Source of the DNA: Octopus sinensis
Taxonomy: Eukaryota
NCBI RefSeq assembly: GCF_006345805.1
Contig: NC_042997.1
Span: forward strand, 74,834,001-74,898,000
Direction: 5' to 3'
DNA length: 64,000 nucleotides
Part shown: positions 37,980 through 50,429 of the stretch, piece after piece
Numbering within the stretch: the first letter of the stretch is position 1
Layout: each line of letters begins with the position of its first letter
The notes under the pieces: model-generated
Seen by the model: the letters and a program-made list of their open reading frames with translations, nothing else
Database searches by the model: none
What the model was told of the DNA's origin: nothing
Translations under genes and position numbers: made by a program

Positions 37980-38233
37980 TAAAATGGACAAAGGAAGGAT
38001 TTCAAATATTGTTAATTTTGACACACTTTTCCAGATGTTATTTGATTATGCCCTTTGCAACATTGAATTCCAAGGGAGACATGATTCAATTTGTTTATAT
38101 AAATCTAGCAACACACTACAAAAATGAACAATACTCTTCAAGAGCTATTCTAACAAATACAGACAAAGTTGATCAACTAAATTGAGATTATGAATAAGCT
38201 TCATGGAGATTTGATTACTCTTCTTAGTGTATA

Positions 38234-38463
38234 TATTTCTTTACTACCCACAAGGGGCTAAACATAGAGGGGACAAACAAGAACAGACAAACGGATTAAG
38301 TCGATTACATCGACCCCAGTGAACTGGTACTTAATTTATCGACCCCGAAAGGATGAAGGGCAAAGTTGACCTTGGCGGAATTTGAACTCAGAGCGTAACA
38401 GCAGACGAAATACAGCTACGCATTTCGCCCGGCGTGCTAACATTTCTGCCAGCTTGCTGCCTT
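38234..38463 (-). mobile_element. tRNA-derived SINE (second family) with 18-bp TSD
   Basis: Head ggcagcaagctggcagaaatgttagc...gagttcaaattccgcc; core cttcatcctttcggggtcgataaattaagtaccag; TSD tactcttcttagtgtata at 38216-38233 and 38464-38481. Confidence 0.9.
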
Positions 38464-39407
38464 TACTCTTCTTAGTGTATACTCAGTGGAAAAAGAAAAA
38501 GTTGTTCTCTCCTTCCTCACATCATTAAAGTCAAGATATGAGCCCCAGTATAATGCTTCTCCAAAACTTAAACAGTCGTAAATGTGCCACTGCAGTAGTA
38601 CTCAATGCTAATGACAATTTCATGGCTCTTAACAAACTTAACAGCATTAAAGCTGGAATGGTACTAATTATTCTCCAGATTTATCTTCAACAGTTTGTCA
38701 CCAACTTATCATTCACTCTAAAATTATCACAATTTCACATAGGGCCTGCTTTTATTTTGATAAGTAAGAGTCAATTTTGAAGAAGTGTAGATTATACAAT
38801 CGGACTCAGTATCTACACAAGGAAAAAATCATGTTGCTCTCAGCGGAGTAGCTGAAAAAACAATCCTGAAAATATTTGTAGATCAAAGAGAATTCAACTG
38901 TACAGTTAGAAAGGTACATTATGATATAAATACAGTACTTTGATTTGGAATTTGCTTATGTATATGTCATATAAGAAAATGTAAATATTGTAGGATGTAT
39001 ATATTGATTTGCAGAATAGGAAATAAAATATTTTTAAAAATAAACACTTTTTCTTTAACAGTGTTAAGAAAGACAAATCAAATTTTAATAATTCACCCAA
39101 TTAAAAGGCACTAATAGAACATGTATTTTTCAGAAAATGAAATTAGAGCTGAAGTTCCTAAGTCTTTCAAAAACACTTTGTATTTAACTGAATATATTGT
39201 ATATTAAGGGTAGCATTTTACATAGATGGACAAAATATTTTAAAGTAATGTTTTGCCTTTTTTCTATCAGTAAAGTGATAGGTATCAGTATCAAACTAAT
39301 TTTAAACAAAATATATTCTTTAATAAATTCTAGACCAATCTTTGAAAACTAAACATGAAAAATTGTTTACAATCCAAAAAGTTTTTAAAAATTTACAGGC
39401 AACATAC

Positions 39408-39619
39408 CAAATTAATGATCAGGTTGCATGTTTCTTTTAAGAGAACTTTCATCCGATAAGAAGTGCTGTAAAATTTTGATTCAGCCCAGATTGTAGAGAT
39501 GGTTTCAAAGAGAGGATAGAAATGGTTCTCTAAATCAGTCCAACTTTCTACCGCCATTTCATCATATATCACTCGTAACGAGGACAAGAAATTATTGATC
39601 ACTTCAGCTTCATTTAAGC
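39408..39619 (-). CDS. Exon of an axonemal dynein heavy chain (DHC_N1 tail region, DNAH9/11/17-like)
   Basis: LNEAEVINNFLSSLRVIYDEMAVESWTDLENHFYPLFETISTIWAESKFYSTSYRMKVLLKETCNLIINL resembles recalled EAQDI..L.PL......PL.H...LIWA.S..Y....R..VLLQEICNLLI. Polypyrimidine-AG acceptor (39621-39620, phase 1) and GTATGT donor (39407, phase 0). Paralogue not assignable. Confidence 0.75.
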
Positions 39620-41149
39620 CTGTAGTAAGAAAATAAAAAAACAATAAGAAAAACAATAAAACTGAAAACAGAAGAGTGAAATAACCAATTATTATGACAA
39701 GTTGTTTGTTGTATAGCATCTGAATGATTTAATCAATTGAAATGTCTTGGGATTTACCAACAAAACTCTCCACACTAAGTAAGCCCATGTTAAACATGCC
39801 ATTCTACACAACCAAACATGAATTATTGTTTCATGTTCAAAAAACAAGAAAAAACTTATGTCAAGTTTTCACTGTTATCAACATGCAAGATTACAGAATA
39901 ATCCAAAATAAATATTCCAAGTATATTTCAATTGTAACATGAGACTATTCACAATTATATCTTGTATATTTTCTGAATGTGCTAATTCACATTGTCATCA
40001 CTTTTGTTATCATTTTAATGTCCACTTTTCCAGATGTTGTCATCTCTCACCTATTTCTAAGTATGCTACCATCCCATGGCCAGATATAACCAACCAAAAA
40101 AATAACCATGAAATCTTAGTAAACCTCCATAAGAGGATAAAGAAGTCAATAAAAATAGAGAGGAACGAAAACAAAGGATACAACTAAAGAATAACGAGCT
40201 CGGATGATAATAAAAAAAGATTCGAATACAAGTGAATATCGTGCGCATCTACCTAGTTAAAATCATAGCAGAAGCCATAGGACATTGTACATTAGAAATG
40301 AAGCAAACCACCCCAGGCACACACATAGACAAAACAAGGAAATACAATATCAAGTGCTCCACACACCAGGACAGCCACCACAGAAATAAGAAAGGCCCTA
40401 ACATTAATAACAACACAATACTTAAAAATACCAAAACTAATGGACTACTCTGTGGTATAATGCTTCATTCGGGAAACAAATAATGTCCAACATTCTGAAG
40501 TAGTCTTACACAGTGATTGAGAAACACTTTCTTAAGTATAGCTAGTATCACAGAATATTCAATACACACAATGTCCGACTCACCTTTTCCACTAACCATA
40601 ACCAAGTATAGATAATAGCAGCACACAATGCAAGAAAACTATCCCACTTCTAAAGGACCAGTGAAAATAGTACACTGGACAAGGAAAATGAACCTATCAA
40701 CAGAAATATTGATAATACAAATCTCGATGAAGGGGTAGAAACAGTTAATAATGGAAGGGAACAGGGCACTAACACCAAAATAACACACTGGAACAGGACA
40801 GAGTAATAATCTAAGAACTAGCAGTCAAAAGGAAACAACCTAACACATACCAACACCTTCACAAGACAGGAAGCACAAACTGCTAGAAATAACAGCACAC
40901 AAACGCCTATGCATAGAAGGCTTAGAAAAAATAGTAGACAGGTAGAAATGAGGACAACAGAAACATCTAGCAGTAGCCATAACACAATAATAGAAACAAG
41001 AAATAAGGTCTCTGTAACTGTGCTAGGGATGCAATATGCCCATTAGACTTCAGATGTTTGATGGAAAACCAGGATTATAGATGCAAAATCACTTCCGAGA
41101 GAAGGACATATTTCTATATAGAGGCAAGCACTCTTAATTTCAAGAGAAG

Positions 41150-41450
41150 GCTGGCTAATTGCTTAAATACTTACAGGGACAGAAAAATATGAATAGTACA
41201 AGTCTAAATAAACAAATCTGGTCAATTAAAGACAGGAACCATAGCTATGCTATGGAGTGGGAAATAATCAGTAGAGCTAAACCATGTTGGGCAGGAGGAA
41301 GTAGATGTGACTTCTGTATAGAAGAATTATACCAAATATTTATATTGAGAAACAAATTACTTAATACCAGATTTGAACAGGCTTTAAAGTGCTTACAAAA
41401 ACGCAATAAAACATTTAAGAAATTTGAAGGAAGTTCTAGATAACACAATG
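41150..41450 (+). pseudogene. Penelope-like element, endonuclease C-terminal remnant
   Basis: STSLNKQIWSIKD...YAMEWEIISRAKP...RCDFCIEE...LLNTRFE...KC resembles the recalled PLE C-terminus. Confidence 0.7.
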
Positions 41451-41628
41451 CCCCACCCACAGTTGAATGTGATAGGAAGGATAAAAGAACATATCCTAAA
41501 TCGAAAAAATTCATGGCCCTCCTCAACAAACCAAGCACATATTCTATCCAATGTATACTGCAAAACATAAACAACACAGCCAGGAAAATGAATATATGTA
41601 TAACTAAAAACATTATACTTGTAGTGAA

Positions 41629-44600
41629 ATCATCATCATCATCATCATCGTTTAACGTCCGTTCTCCACGCTAGCATGGGTTGGACGGTTCGACCGGGGA
41701 TCTGGGAAGCCAGAAGGCTGCACCAGGCTCCAGTCTTATCTGGCAATGTTTCTACAGCTGGATGCCCTTCCTAACGCCAACCACTCCGTGAGTGTAGTGG
41801 GTGCTTTTTACGTGCCACCTGCACAGGTGCCAGGCGCGGCTGGCAACGGCCATGGTCGGATTGGTGTATTTTATGTGCCACCGGCACGGAAGCCAGTCGA
41901 GGCGGTGCTGGCATCGGCCACGAGTCGGATAGTGCTTTTTACGTACCACCAGACCAGGGATCCTGGCTGGTTCAATTCGATTTCGATTTTGCTTGCCCCA
42001 ACATGTCTTCACAAGCAAAGGGGGTTGGCATGGGTGCCTGTTGTATGGTCGGATTGGAGTATTTTACGTGCCACCGGCACGGAAGCCAGTGGAGGCAGCG
42101 CTGGCATCGGCCACGAGTCAGATAGTGCTTTTTATGTACCACCAGACCAGGGATCCTGGCTGGTTCAATTCGGTTTTGATTTCGATTTCGCTTGCCCCAA
42201 CATGTCTTCGCAAGCAAAGGGGGTTGGCATGGGTGCCTGTCGTCGGATGAGGTTCTATATCGACTTCGCTTGCCTCAACAGGTCTTTGTGTCCAAGGGAG
42301 GAAAGGCATTCATAAGTGGGCTGGGCTCACTTGTCCTGCCTGGTCTTCTCACGTACAGAATATTTCCAAAGATCTCGGTCGCTGGTCATTTCCTCAGTGA
42401 GGCCTAAAGTTCGAAGGTCGTGCTTCACCACCTCGTCCCAGGTTTTCCTGGGTCTACCTCTTCCACGGGTTCCCTCAACTGCTAGGGATTGGCACTTTCT
42501 CACACGCCTATCTTCATCCATTCTCGCCACATGACCATACCGGCGCAATCGTCTCTCTTGCACACCACAACTGATGCTTCTTAGGTACAACATTTCTCTC
42601 AAGGTGCTAACGCTCTGTCGAGTATGTACACTGACATTACACATCCATCGGAGCATACTGGCTTCATTCCTCACGAGCTTACGCATGTCCTCAGCAGTCA
42701 CGGCCCATGTTTCACTGCCATGTAGCATGGCTGTTCGTACACACGCATCATACAGTCTGCCTTTTATTCTGAGCGAGAGGCCTTTAGTCACCAGCAGAGG
42801 TAAGAGCTCCCTAAACTTTTCCCAGGCTATTCTTATTCTAGCAGTTACACTTTCAGCGCACTCACCCCCACTACTGACTTGGTCACCTAGATAACGGAAG
42901 CTATCAACTACTTCTAGTTTTTCCCCCTGGAAAGTGACGGAAGTTGTTTTCTGCAGATTTTCGGAGGTTAATACTCCCGAGCATCTGCCACATACAAAAA
43001 CTATCTTCCCAGTTAGCCTACCTTTGACATTGCTGCACCTCTTATTTGTCCATAGCTTACACTGGGTACATCTTATAGTTTCTACCTACACCTTTTCTAC
43101 AGATCAAGCAGGGCCATCTTCCTGAAGACATTTGTGGATTGTCTACCTTCCTACTTATTAGTACTTTGGTTTTAGCTAGGTTGACTCTAAGGCCCCTCGA
43201 TTCTAAACCCTCCTTCCACACCTGGAACTTCTCCTCCAGCTCTGATAGTGACTCAGCAATAAGAGCAAGGTCGTCAGCGTAGAGGAGCTCCCAGGGACAA
43301 CCTGTCTTGAATTCCTCCGTAATTGCCTGGAGGACTATGATAAATAGGAGGGGGCTGAGTACTGAACCCTGGTGGACCCCAACCTCTACTTTGAATTCTT
43401 CTGTGTACATGTTGCCAACCCTAACCTTACTTATGGCATCTCTGTACATGGCTTGCACAGTCCTCACCAGCCATTCATCTATCCCTAGTTTCCTCATTGA
43501 CCACCAGATAAGGGATCGGGGGACGCTATCAAAAGCTTTCTCCATGTCAACAAAAGCCAGGTACAGGGGCTTATCTTTGGCTAGGTATTTCTCCTGCAGC
43601 TGCCTTACCAGGAATATAGCATCAGTGGTACTTTTCCCTGGCACGAACCCAAACTGCATCTCATCTAAACTAACTCTCTCTCTAATTAGTTGGGCTATGA
43701 CCCTCTCCGTAACCTTCATTACTTGATCCAACAGCTTGATACCTCTGTAATTATTTGTATCTAGGGCATCACCTTTACCTTTGTAGCAGTTGACTAGTAT
43801 GCTGCTGCACCAGTCATTGGGTATGACTCCTTCGTGTATCACCTGGTTGACTATACGGGTGACTAGGTTATAGCCGACACTGCCAGATATTTTGAGCATC
43901 TCTGCAGTAATTCCTGATGGGCCTGGGGCTTTCCCTGTCTTCATGCTTCTAATTGCCTTAGCTACCACGGAACTATCAACTCAGATAGCTGGTCCCTCTG
44001 TTGGGTCAACATTCGGCAGACTCTCTTTATCCCATTCATTTTCTTTATTCAGCAACCTTTCATAGTGGCATCTCCAAACCTCTCTCTTTGCATCCTCATT
44101 TAGCACAAGTGAACCATCATCCATGTGAACACACTTCTCTCCTACCACATCACGATTCTCTCTCACACACTGTCTTGCAACATGAAATACCTCAAGTCTT
44201 TCATCCTCACGGCTCAGAACATTGGCAAATTTTTTCTTATCCGCTTCCCCTCTGGCTAAATAAACCTGTCTCCTAGCTTCCCTTCTGGCTGTCTGATACA
44301 ATTCCCTGCTACCACCGTTCTTCCAGTCCTTCCAAGCCTGTCTCTTTTGTCTAATAGCCCTGTCAACCACAGTGTTCCACCACCATGTTACTCTGGGTCG
44401 AGATGGTACTTTGCTCCATCCACAGATCTGGTCAGTGGCTGTCAGCAGATTGTCCCGTAGAAATCTCCAGTTGCTTTCCACATTAAGTGAAGCTATATCC
44501 CCTTCTATTTCGTCAAAGGCTTCGAGTAGTATGTCTCTAAATCTCTGTCCATTTGCAGGATCTTTAAGCTTCCAGACCCTTCTCCTCCAAGCAGGTCTTC

Positions 44601-45611
44601 TTCTGGGCAACCATTTAGCTCTGATCCTGAAGTCGCTAACTACTAATCTATGTTGAGGAGTACATTCTTCGCCTGGAAAGGTTTTGGCATTTATAAGCAG
44701 CCCTCTTTCCCTTTTTCTGGTAAGGATGTAGTCAATCTGGCTAGTGTGTCTGCCAGAACGGTAGGTGACTAGGTGAGAGGTGGGTTTCCTGAAGTTGGTA
44801 TTGCAGACCATAAGGTCATTTGCATCGCAGAACTCCAGCAGCCTGGTTCCCTCCTCATTACGAGAGCCAAAACCGTAGCCTCCATGAACGCCATGGAAGC
44901 CCCCGACATGCCGTCCAACATGTCCATTGAAATCACCTGTCACGAAGAGAAGGTCACTGTCATTTGTCAACGAGGTAGTCCGCAATAGGGTGTCAGAGAA
45001 TTGGTCTTTTTGTCCTTCCGGTAGCCCTGGTTGAGGGGCATATGCCGAGATGATAGTAGCTGACCTATGGTGAAGCACTAATCTAATCTTAAGTACTCTA
45101 TCACTTACTCTGACTACCTCGATTACCTTATCTACCCATTTCTCCGCAAGAAGTATACCCATGCCCCCGACCTCGTCAGTGTTCCCTGCCCAGAAAATCT
45201 TGTACCTGTGTTCCTTGCCTGTGAGTAGCCTAGCGGAGCCTCCTCTCCACCTTACTTCCTGGATGCAGCATAAATCCACACGCCTCCGTTCAAGCAGCTC
45301 AACAATCTCTCCAGACCTACCTTTCAATGTGCCAACATTGAGTGTGCCAACTCTGAGGGTGTGGGAGGTGTGGGCCTCTGAGACCCTGGGATGAGGGACA
45401 GCAGTGTCATGTACCTGAAAAGAAAGCTTGCATTTGCCAGATTTCATACTGAGACTCTAGACTACAACCTGCATACATTTCAGTTTTTGCGCTATATGAT
45501 CACAATAAACCCTACATAGGGGTGCTGTTGGGAGTATGTGCGGGGGGGGGGGAGTCAAGAAAGGTAGAAAAAAGAAACTTCCGGTTCTGGTGGAGGGGTG
45601 GAGGGGTCACC
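41629..45611 (-). mobile_element. Full-length RTE LINE copy B
   Basis: ORF 45447-42327 (APE + RT), broken by TGA at 43983-43981 and the same 2-nt deletion as copy A; duplicated 3' UTR unit; (ATC)n tail. Confidence 0.97.
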
Positions 45612-48600
45612 TCGAAGGAACAACAGGTTTAAGTTAATTCGTAGGGGATTTTCTGCAACAGAAATTACTGAACATCTAGAAACTTCGGGAATCGAGTAAA
45701 ACATAATATAAATAAGAGAGAGAGAGAATATTTTGTAGTGAATTCTGGGAATGGATTTAAAATGCATGATCTTAAGACAGACAGGAAGCCATGTATACAA
45801 GATGGCGAAATAAATAATAGAGAAACGGGATTTAGGGTTACGAATCAACGCTTAAAAAAATATGAATATGAAAGTTAAGTTCGCTTAGCTGGTCATTTTT
45901 TGAAGTCAGTGTTTTGTCAGCAAGATGTAGAATCGAGAAGAGGTATTTCTTTATTATGATTATAAAAATTCGATTACACAGAAGGACAAATACAGGACAT
46001 ACATACAAAAAACATTTAAGAGATTCGATTAAAAATTTTCATTTACATTTGGATTATTCATTATAACATAAATGTCCTTTACATGACCAGTAGAACAACG
46101 AACAGTACATGAACTTATAATCTCACCGGAGTTTTTACACCCCGGCAATTTATGAGGCCCCGCAGCTTTTATTTCCTCTCCTTCCTCCATGGTCAAGCAG
46201 GGTTTCTGACACCCACCTTTTTTTCCACTTCCTTCCATCTTTTCTCATACACACCCCGTGGTAAGATCCTCTTTTCCAGCCCCATTTTGCTCTTCAGATG
46301 ATATCTGAAGTAAGTGAGCAAGCCGGGGCCAGAGACAAAGGATCCTATCGCGGCTCCTTCCATTCTTGTTCTCCACATGCATTCTTTTACTACTGCAACC
46401 GTGCAGTGAAAACATGCCTCACCTTCCTTCGAGAGTCCAGTTGGCGGTATCATCTTAATCATAGACTCAGCCGACAGCTGTACTCGTCCCAGATGCGATA
46501 ACACGTGTTCTGCGTAACTTATCAAGTCGGACAACTTCCGACAGTGAACAAAAGCGTGCTGGACGGTTTCATCGTCCAACTCGCACCTTGGACACGTCGG
46601 TGGCACTGAAACTCCGTGCCGCGATAACTTCTCGCGAACAGGTAAAGCATTCCTATAGCACTGCCAGGCCAGGGATCTTTGGAAATTATCCAAATACCCC
46701 GACCTGAAAGTTTTTTTAAACAGGTTGGTAAGCTGGTCTTCGTCAAACCCCAGAGCCCCTCCTAGGACGTCGTCGTTTTTTGCCTCTACCAGCTTTCTAT
46801 AAAATACCGAGGTGGTATTTCCGCAGCCGGCCTCCTTAGTGAATTTTAGAATCGAGAAGAGGTATTTCTTTATTATGATTATAAAAATTCGATTACACAG
46901 AAGGACAAATACAGGACATACATACAAAAAACATTTAAGAGATTCGATTAAAAATTTTCATTTACATTTGGATTATTCATTATAACATAAATGTCCTTTA
47001 CATGACCAGTAGAACAACGAACAGTACATGAACTTATAATCTCACCGGAGTTTTTACACCCCGGCAATTTATGAGGCCCCGCAGCTTTTATTTCCTCTCC
47101 TTCCTCCATGGTCAAGCAGGGTTTCTGACACCCACCTTTTTTTCCACTTCCTTCCATCTTTTCTCATACACACCCCGTGGTAAGATCCTCTTTTCCAGCC
47201 CCATTTTGCTCTTCAGATGATATCTGAAGTAAGTGAGCAAGCCGGGGCCGGAGACAAAGGATCCTATCGCGGCTCCTTCCATTCTTGTTCTCCACATGCA
47301 TTCTTTTACTACTGCAACCGTGCAGTGAAAACATGCCTCACCTTCCTTCGAGAGTCCAGTTGGCGGTATCATCTTAATCATAGACTCAGCCGACAGCTGT
47401 ACTCGTCCCAGATGCGATAACACGTGTTCTGCGTAACTTATCAAGTCGGACAACTTCCGACAGTGAACAAAAGCGTGCTGGACGGTTTCATCGTTCAACT
47501 CACACCTTGGACACGTCGGTGGCACTGAAACTCCGTGCCGCGATAACTTCTCGCGAACAGGTAAAGCATTCCTATAGCACTGCCAAGCCAGGGATCTTTG
47601 GAAATTATCCAAATACCCCGACCTGAAAGTTTTTTTAAACAGGTTGGTAAGCTGGTCTTCGTCAAACCCCAGAGCCCCTCCTAGGACGTCGTCGTTTTTT
47701 GCCTCTACCAGCTTTCTATAAAATACCGAGGTGGTATTTCCGCAGCCGGCCTCCTTAGTGAATTTTAGAATCGAGAAGAGGGACGAGATAAATCGAACAC
47801 TGCTTTATAAAGAGTTAGGGATTGGGGAGGGGGTTATCAGGTGGCAGCATGAGGAAAGAGAGAGGGGGGGAGAGAAAGAGAGAGAGAGAGCTAAGGAACA
47901 ACAGGTTTAATTCGTAGGGAATTTTCTGCAACAGAAATTACTGAACATCTAGAAACTTCGGGGTTCGAGCAGAACGTGATATAAATAAGAGAGAGAGAAA
48001 ATATTTTGTAGGGAATTTTGGGGGAAAGGAATAACAACGAAGGAACAACAGGTTTTAAGTTAATACGTAAGGAATTTTCTGCAACAGAAATTACTGAACA
48101 TCTAGAAACTTCGGGGTTCGAGTAAAACAAAACATAATATATAAGAGATAGAGAAAATATTTTGTAGGGAATTTTGGGGGAAAGGAATAACAACGAAGGG
48201 ACAACAGGTTTAAGTTAATTCGTAGGGAATTTTCTGCAACAGAAATTACTGAACATCTAGGAACTTCGGGGTTCGAGTAAAACAAAACATAATATATAAG
48301 AGATAGAGAAAATATTTTGTAGGGAATTTTGGGGGAAAGGAATAACAACGAAGGAACAACAGGTTTTAAGTTAATACGTAGGGAATTTTCTGCAACAGAA
48401 ATTACTGAACAACTAGAAACTTCGGGGTTCGAGTAGAACGTAATATATATAAGAGAGAGAGAAAATATTTTGTAGGGAATTTTGGGGGAAAGGAATAACA
48501 ACGAAGGAACAACAGGTTTTAAGTTAATTTGTAGGGGGTTTTCTGCAACAGAAATTAGTGAACATCTAGAAACTTCGGGGATCGAGTAAACATAATATAA

Positions 48601-48935
48601 ATAAGAGAGAGAGAAAATATTTTGTAGGGAATTTTAGGGGAAAGGAATAAGAACGAAGGAACAACAAGTTTTAAGTTAATTCGTAGGGGATTTTCTGCAA
48701 CAGAAATTACTGAACATCTAGAAACTTCGGGAATCGAGTAAAACATAATATAAATAAGAGAGAGAGAGAATATTTTGTAGTGAATTCTGGGAATGGAATA
48801 ATAACGGGATGACACTGAAATTAAAGGAGGAATTTAAAATGCATGATCTTAAGACACAGGAAGCCATGTATACAAGATGGCGAAATAAATAATAGAGAAA
48901 CGGGATTTAGGGTTACGAATCAGCACTTAAAAAAA
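45612..48935 (-). repeat. Composite tandem-repeat region upstream of RTE B (putative leader)
   Basis: Direct repeat ~45614-45860 versus ~48656-48935; six ~153-bp monomers at 47891-48800. Confidence 0.85.
45928..47781 (-). mobile_element. Two tandem 903-bp 5'-truncated Tx1-like 3' ends separated and flanked by a 16-bp repeat
   Basis: 919-bp period; LDNFQRSLAWQCYRNALPVR...CPRC...HAFVHC; tagaatcgagaagagg at 45928, 46847 and 47766. Confidence 0.92.
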
Positions 48936-49559
48936 TATATAGATGGTAAAATGTGTTATGTGGATGTGTGTATGTTATCACAAGAGTTCATATAGAGATG
49001 AAAGAATAAATACAGGATCTATACATATACTACATAAAATGTTTTATTTTTCTTTCGATGATGATACATGGAATCAAATTGTAGAAGCTAGAAGAAGTAA
49101 TCTTATGCAAGAAGTTCAGAGATAGGAAATGTAGAACAACAGTGAAGTGGTGGCTTTCAGTCATATCAGCTATAAGGCATAGAGAAATAGATGTAAATAG
49201 CGATGACGTGAATGGCTGTTAGTCTAATCGACTAAGAAGCAAAAAACTGGGTTGGCAAGCTGTTTTTATTAATGGAACACTAAACATTCTAGAAACTTCC
49301 AAGAGAAACACCAAGCTTCTTGAATAATTAAGAATCATGTTTCGTGACAATGATACTTTGAGAAACTCAGAATAGGGAGGTTACTTTGTGATCTTTCTTG
49401 CAAGGGAAATAATTCAACTATCTATCTACTGCTACACATACCCCAGGCAGAGGTAACAATATACAATAAAGAAAATAACAAAAATGTATACATCATAAAA
49501 TGTCAAAACATAGAACAATGTCACAGTTCAAATGTAATAAATGTTTATTAAATTTTTGG

Positions 49560-50428
49560 CCAATGGACGTCTACCACTTCTGGCAGTCATAGTATATGAT
49601 AGTAGGTGTAAAGGATATGTTTGTAATGTTGTGTGTGTTGTCTGTAGTTGGAGTGGAAATGGTTTTTTTCTATCAATAGTTTTAATCTATCAATAGAAAT
49701 AGTGTCTTTATGACCGTTCAGGTCTAAAGTGAAAACTTTACCTGTGTAAGAAAGTACACGGAAGGGTTCTGCATATGGTGCTGATAAAGGATGTTTAACG
49801 GCATCATTGTGGACAAAAATATGAGTCCAGGAAGAATAGTCCTTAGGTAAATATGTTTTAATATCTTGTTTTCTGGCGTTCATATGTGGTAACTTTGACA
49901 TATAGTCATACAAACATTCAACAAAACTTGTAGCATCAATATCTTGTGTGTTTGCAGGAACAATTATCTGACCAGGCAGCATCAAGGAAGAACCATACAG
50001 TAATCCTGCAGGAGAAAATCCAGTATCTTCTTTGATAGAAAAGTGGAGACCCAAGAGAACAATAGGAAGAAATTCAATCCATTGAGATGAATCAGCAGAA
50101 GCACTCAGTGCAGCTTTCAGCTGTTGATGAAATCTTCCAATCATACCATTCAAAACTGGTGGAATGTGTTCACTTCCTAAAATCTCGGTAAGCTCTTTGA
50201 AAAGCTTAGCTTCAAACTGACATCCACAGTCTGCTGTTATTGTTACAGGTGTTCGGAAACGAGAAATCCATCCTGTGACTAAAGTTTGTGCCACAGTTAG
50301 AGAAGAGATGTCTGTGAGTGGAATGACTTCTGACCAATGGGAAAAATAGTCGATACAGGTTAATAAAAACATGTAATTCTGACTCGCAGGCCAAGGTCCT
50401 ACTATATCAACATGTATGTACTGGAATC
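49560..50428 (-). pseudogene. Ty3/Gypsy integrase fragment
   Basis: HVDIVGPWP, LLTCIDYFSHWSEVIPL, ITADCGCQFE, NGMIGRFHQQLK, LPIVLLGL. Confidence 0.9.
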
Positions 50429-50429
50429 A

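Noticed and set aside
37586-38463. tRNA genes
   Set aside because: A/B boxes are followed by SINE bodies and TSDs; no acceptor stem or cloverleaf.
36860-39400. Additional dynein exons near the identified one
   Set aside because: Minus-strand frames I read here and in other unique stretches had stops and no dynein similarity; short diverged exons could have been missed.
40720-40750. ctcgatgaaggggtagaaac as a hammerhead
   Set aside because: CUGA core is broken and stem II cannot form.
41619-41628. ttgtagtgaa as TSD of RTE B (also at 45734 and 48775)
   Set aside because: The matches lie inside the internally repeated leader, so the boundaries would be inconsistent; probably chance.
45614-48935. 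LTR retrotransposon, or CRISPR-like array in the 153-bp repeats
   Set aside because: No TG..CA ends, PBS, PPT or gag/pol; monomers have no unique spacers and the context is eukaryotic.
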